Source of the DNA: a virus
Lineage: Duplodnaviria; Heunggongvirae; Uroviricota; Caudoviricetes
DNA length: 64,000 nt
Strand: one strand, 5' to 3'
IMG/VR virus record: IMGVR_UViG_3300021400_001778
Span: 8,923-72,922 of that record
Part shown: piece after piece, positions 62,491 to 64,000 of the stretch
How positions within the stretch are numbered: the stretch's first letter is position 1
Layout: each line of letters opens with the position of its first letter
The notes under the pieces: model-generated
Seen by the model: the letters and a program-made list of their open reading frames with translations, nothing else
Databases searched by the model: none
Told to the model about the DNA's origin: nothing
Program-made: the position numbers and the translations under genes

Positions 62491-62949
62491 TCAAAACAAA
62501 AATATGTACTTTTTAAGATATTTAATCAAATCTTTCTTTTCATCTGCACAAAATATCTTATCGGACATATGCAATACAAACGGATGAATATCGAAAAAAT
62601 CCACATCATTACTGTTGGTATCGTAAAGATAGAGAATTATCGGTACATTATTAGCATAGGCATATGTTATTTCCGCCATAGTGCCAAGAGAATCTTGTTC
62701 TTTATTCCATCCAACAACAATTACCTTGCAATTTTTCGCTTGTCTTAATTCCCATCTCACATATTCTTTATCCGTATCATATGTATGAGAATCTATTGTA
62801 TTATAATAATCAACGGGATTTACTATTCTTGCATACCTATATAGTTCTCTTTCAATCTTGTCAGACAAGTCAGACCGCCAAGAATCCATATCATGTTTTG
62901 TAAGTCCAGTCATTTTACCAGAGATATAAATTGTGTCTATCATTCCCAT
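62491..62949 (-). CDS. Nucleoside 2-deoxyribosyltransferase-like Rossmann protein
   Basis: IYISGKMTG N-terminus and overall size. Confidence 0.3.
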   Translation of the reverse strand: MGMIDTIYISGKMTGLTKHDMDSWRSDLSDKIERELYRYARIVNPVDYYNTIDSHTYDTDKEYVRWELRQAKNCKVIVVGWNKEQDSLGTMAEITYAYANNVPIILYLYDTNSNDVDFFDIHPFVLHMSDKIFCADEKKDLIKYLKKYIFLF

Positions 62950-63236
62950 ATATCATACACTCTTTCAAAATAGTAAATTGAATTTTCTGTGTAAATTCTA
63001 ATATAACCCAAATCTTTACCAATGCAATAACTTATAACCTTAGATGTAATTACCGACTTTAAATAGCTTGGCTTTACGCATTCAAGAAAAATGGAATATC
63101 CTACGCTTCTTTTAATATAATCCATGTGAATATCAAAAACTCTTCCCACTCTATCTCTTGCGTAAGTATCTTTCTTTTCTCTGTATCTTTTATCTTCTAT
63201 TTTATACAATTTAAAGTATGTAATATAATTATTCAT
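62940..63236 (-). CDS. Hypothetical protein (98 aa)
   Basis: ORF only. Confidence 0.3.
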   Translation of the reverse strand: MNNYITYFKLYKIEDKRYREKKDTYARDRVGRVFDIHMDYIKRSVGYSIFLECVKPSYLKSVITSKVISYCIGKDLGYIRIYTENSIYYFERVYDIWE

Positions 63237-63455
63237 TTATGTCAAAGCCTCATTTAAAATATCAATAAACTCATAATTTATCGCTTCTTTTGTTTCTTTA
63301 CAATGCTCAAGGTATAAATTTATAATTAATAAAACATTATCAGCGCGTATTAAACTGTCATATGTTGATTGATTTATTTCAATTGTATTATTCGTAATAT
63401 CCATCACACTCCCCCTTTTTATCTGGCGACCAATTATATGTATTAATAGGGACAT
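63237..63455 (-). CDS. Hypothetical protein (72 aa)
   Basis: ORF only. Confidence 0.3.
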   Translation of the reverse strand: MSLLIHIIGRQIKRGSVMDITNNTIEINQSTYDSLIRADNVLLIINLYLEHCKETKEAINYEFIDILNEALT

Positions 63456-63579
63456 TCCAAGGTTGTTTTAAATGGTGTCTCCCACATTCATATTTTGTGC
63501 ATTTCCAATTTCCACAATATACATAATTTTCGCAATTAATTTTATCGCATTTAAAATTGCAACATGTAACTTTTATCAT
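63388..63579 (-). CDS. Cys-rich small protein (63 aa)
   Basis: CCNFKCDKINCENYVYCGNWKCTKYECGRHH. Confidence 0.3.
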   Translation of the reverse strand: MIKVTCCNFKCDKINCENYVYCGNWKCTKYECGRHHLKQPWNVPINTYNWSPDKKGECDGYYE

Positions 63580-63590
63580 TATTTTATCCC

Positions 63591-63866
63591 TTATTCATTA
63601 ATAAGCATCACATCGCGCATATTTTGCGGTAAATCATCCAGAATATCATCTGCGTTTTCATTTAACAACCTTTTAAATTCCGCAATATACCATTTAGCTT
63701 TATCAATATCTTCGTCCCCATTTTTATCTTCAAATCTCCAAAGATACTTGAAAGCATTACAGACACAAAAATCAGCTACAGGAATATCTCCGAAAATATA
63801 ACGCATAGCATCAATACATTGTATTTTTTCTTGTCGATAATGCGCGGGATTTATAGCATCACTCAT
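63591..63866 (-). CDS. DUF3310-family phage protein
   Basis: MSDAINPAHYRQEKIQCIDAM...FCVCNAFKYLWRFEDKNGDEDIDKAKWYI matches the PxHY...ECID...GNxxKYLxR...KxGxEDLxKAxxY pattern. Confidence 0.5.
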   Translation of the reverse strand: MSDAINPAHYRQEKIQCIDAMRYIFGDIPVADFCVCNAFKYLWRFEDKNGDEDIDKAKWYIAEFKRLLNENADDILDDLPQNMRDVMLINE

Positions 63867-64000
63867 ATAATAAAACCTCCATATATGTCACTAAAATTTA
63901 AATTATGATTATGGCATAATTTTATAAACTCATTTTTAAAATCAACGCATTCTGTAGCGTCATATAAATCGAACAGAATATTCGCCAATTCCACTAATTC

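Overview
AT-rich 64 kb segment of a temperate tailed phage or prophage, probably of a low-GC Gram-positive host (AGGAGG-type ribosome-binding sites, endolysins carrying PG_binding_1 repeats). Layout: (i) the plus-strand late region is tape-measure protein, distal tail protein, a 1556-aa tail-associated protein, holin and two cell-wall hydrolases, ending at a bidirectional terminator near 18.8 kb. (ii) The rest of the window, about 45 kb, is a minus-strand block of early or accessory genes: an intact tyrosine integrase and Xis-like protein, nucleotide-metabolism genes (nrdD, nrdG, nrdH, thyX, dut), DNA methyltransferases, a tRNA cluster and many small paralogous gene families. The window is unusually rich in selfish or self-splicing elements. 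There is a group I intron with a homing-endonuclease ORF immediately upstream of the tape-measure gene, recognised from the R/S core motifs. There is an ORF-less group I intron splitting nrdD, and two inteins, one in NrdD and one in a radical-SAM/SPASM-like enzyme. An IscB nuclease with its upstream omega-RNA region and promoter is present, plus a free-standing HNH endonuclease. Other notable items follow. Five tandem paralogs share a near-identical 16-residue N-terminus (MKIRxDFVTNSSSSSF) and have unrelated C-termini. A Thg1-like 3'-5' nucleotidyltransferase and an RNA ligase (a possible tRNA-repair toolkit) accompany a phage tRNA cluster. A roughly 690-nt GC-rich ORF-free region sits between tRNAs and is a candidate large structured RNA of the ROOL/GOLLD type. 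An adenylosuccinate-synthetase paralog may be PurZ. There is a near-identical promoter family (TTGACA-17-TATAAT) and a tandem 15-bp repeat array. All calls rest on reading motifs by eye; none is supported by a database search.
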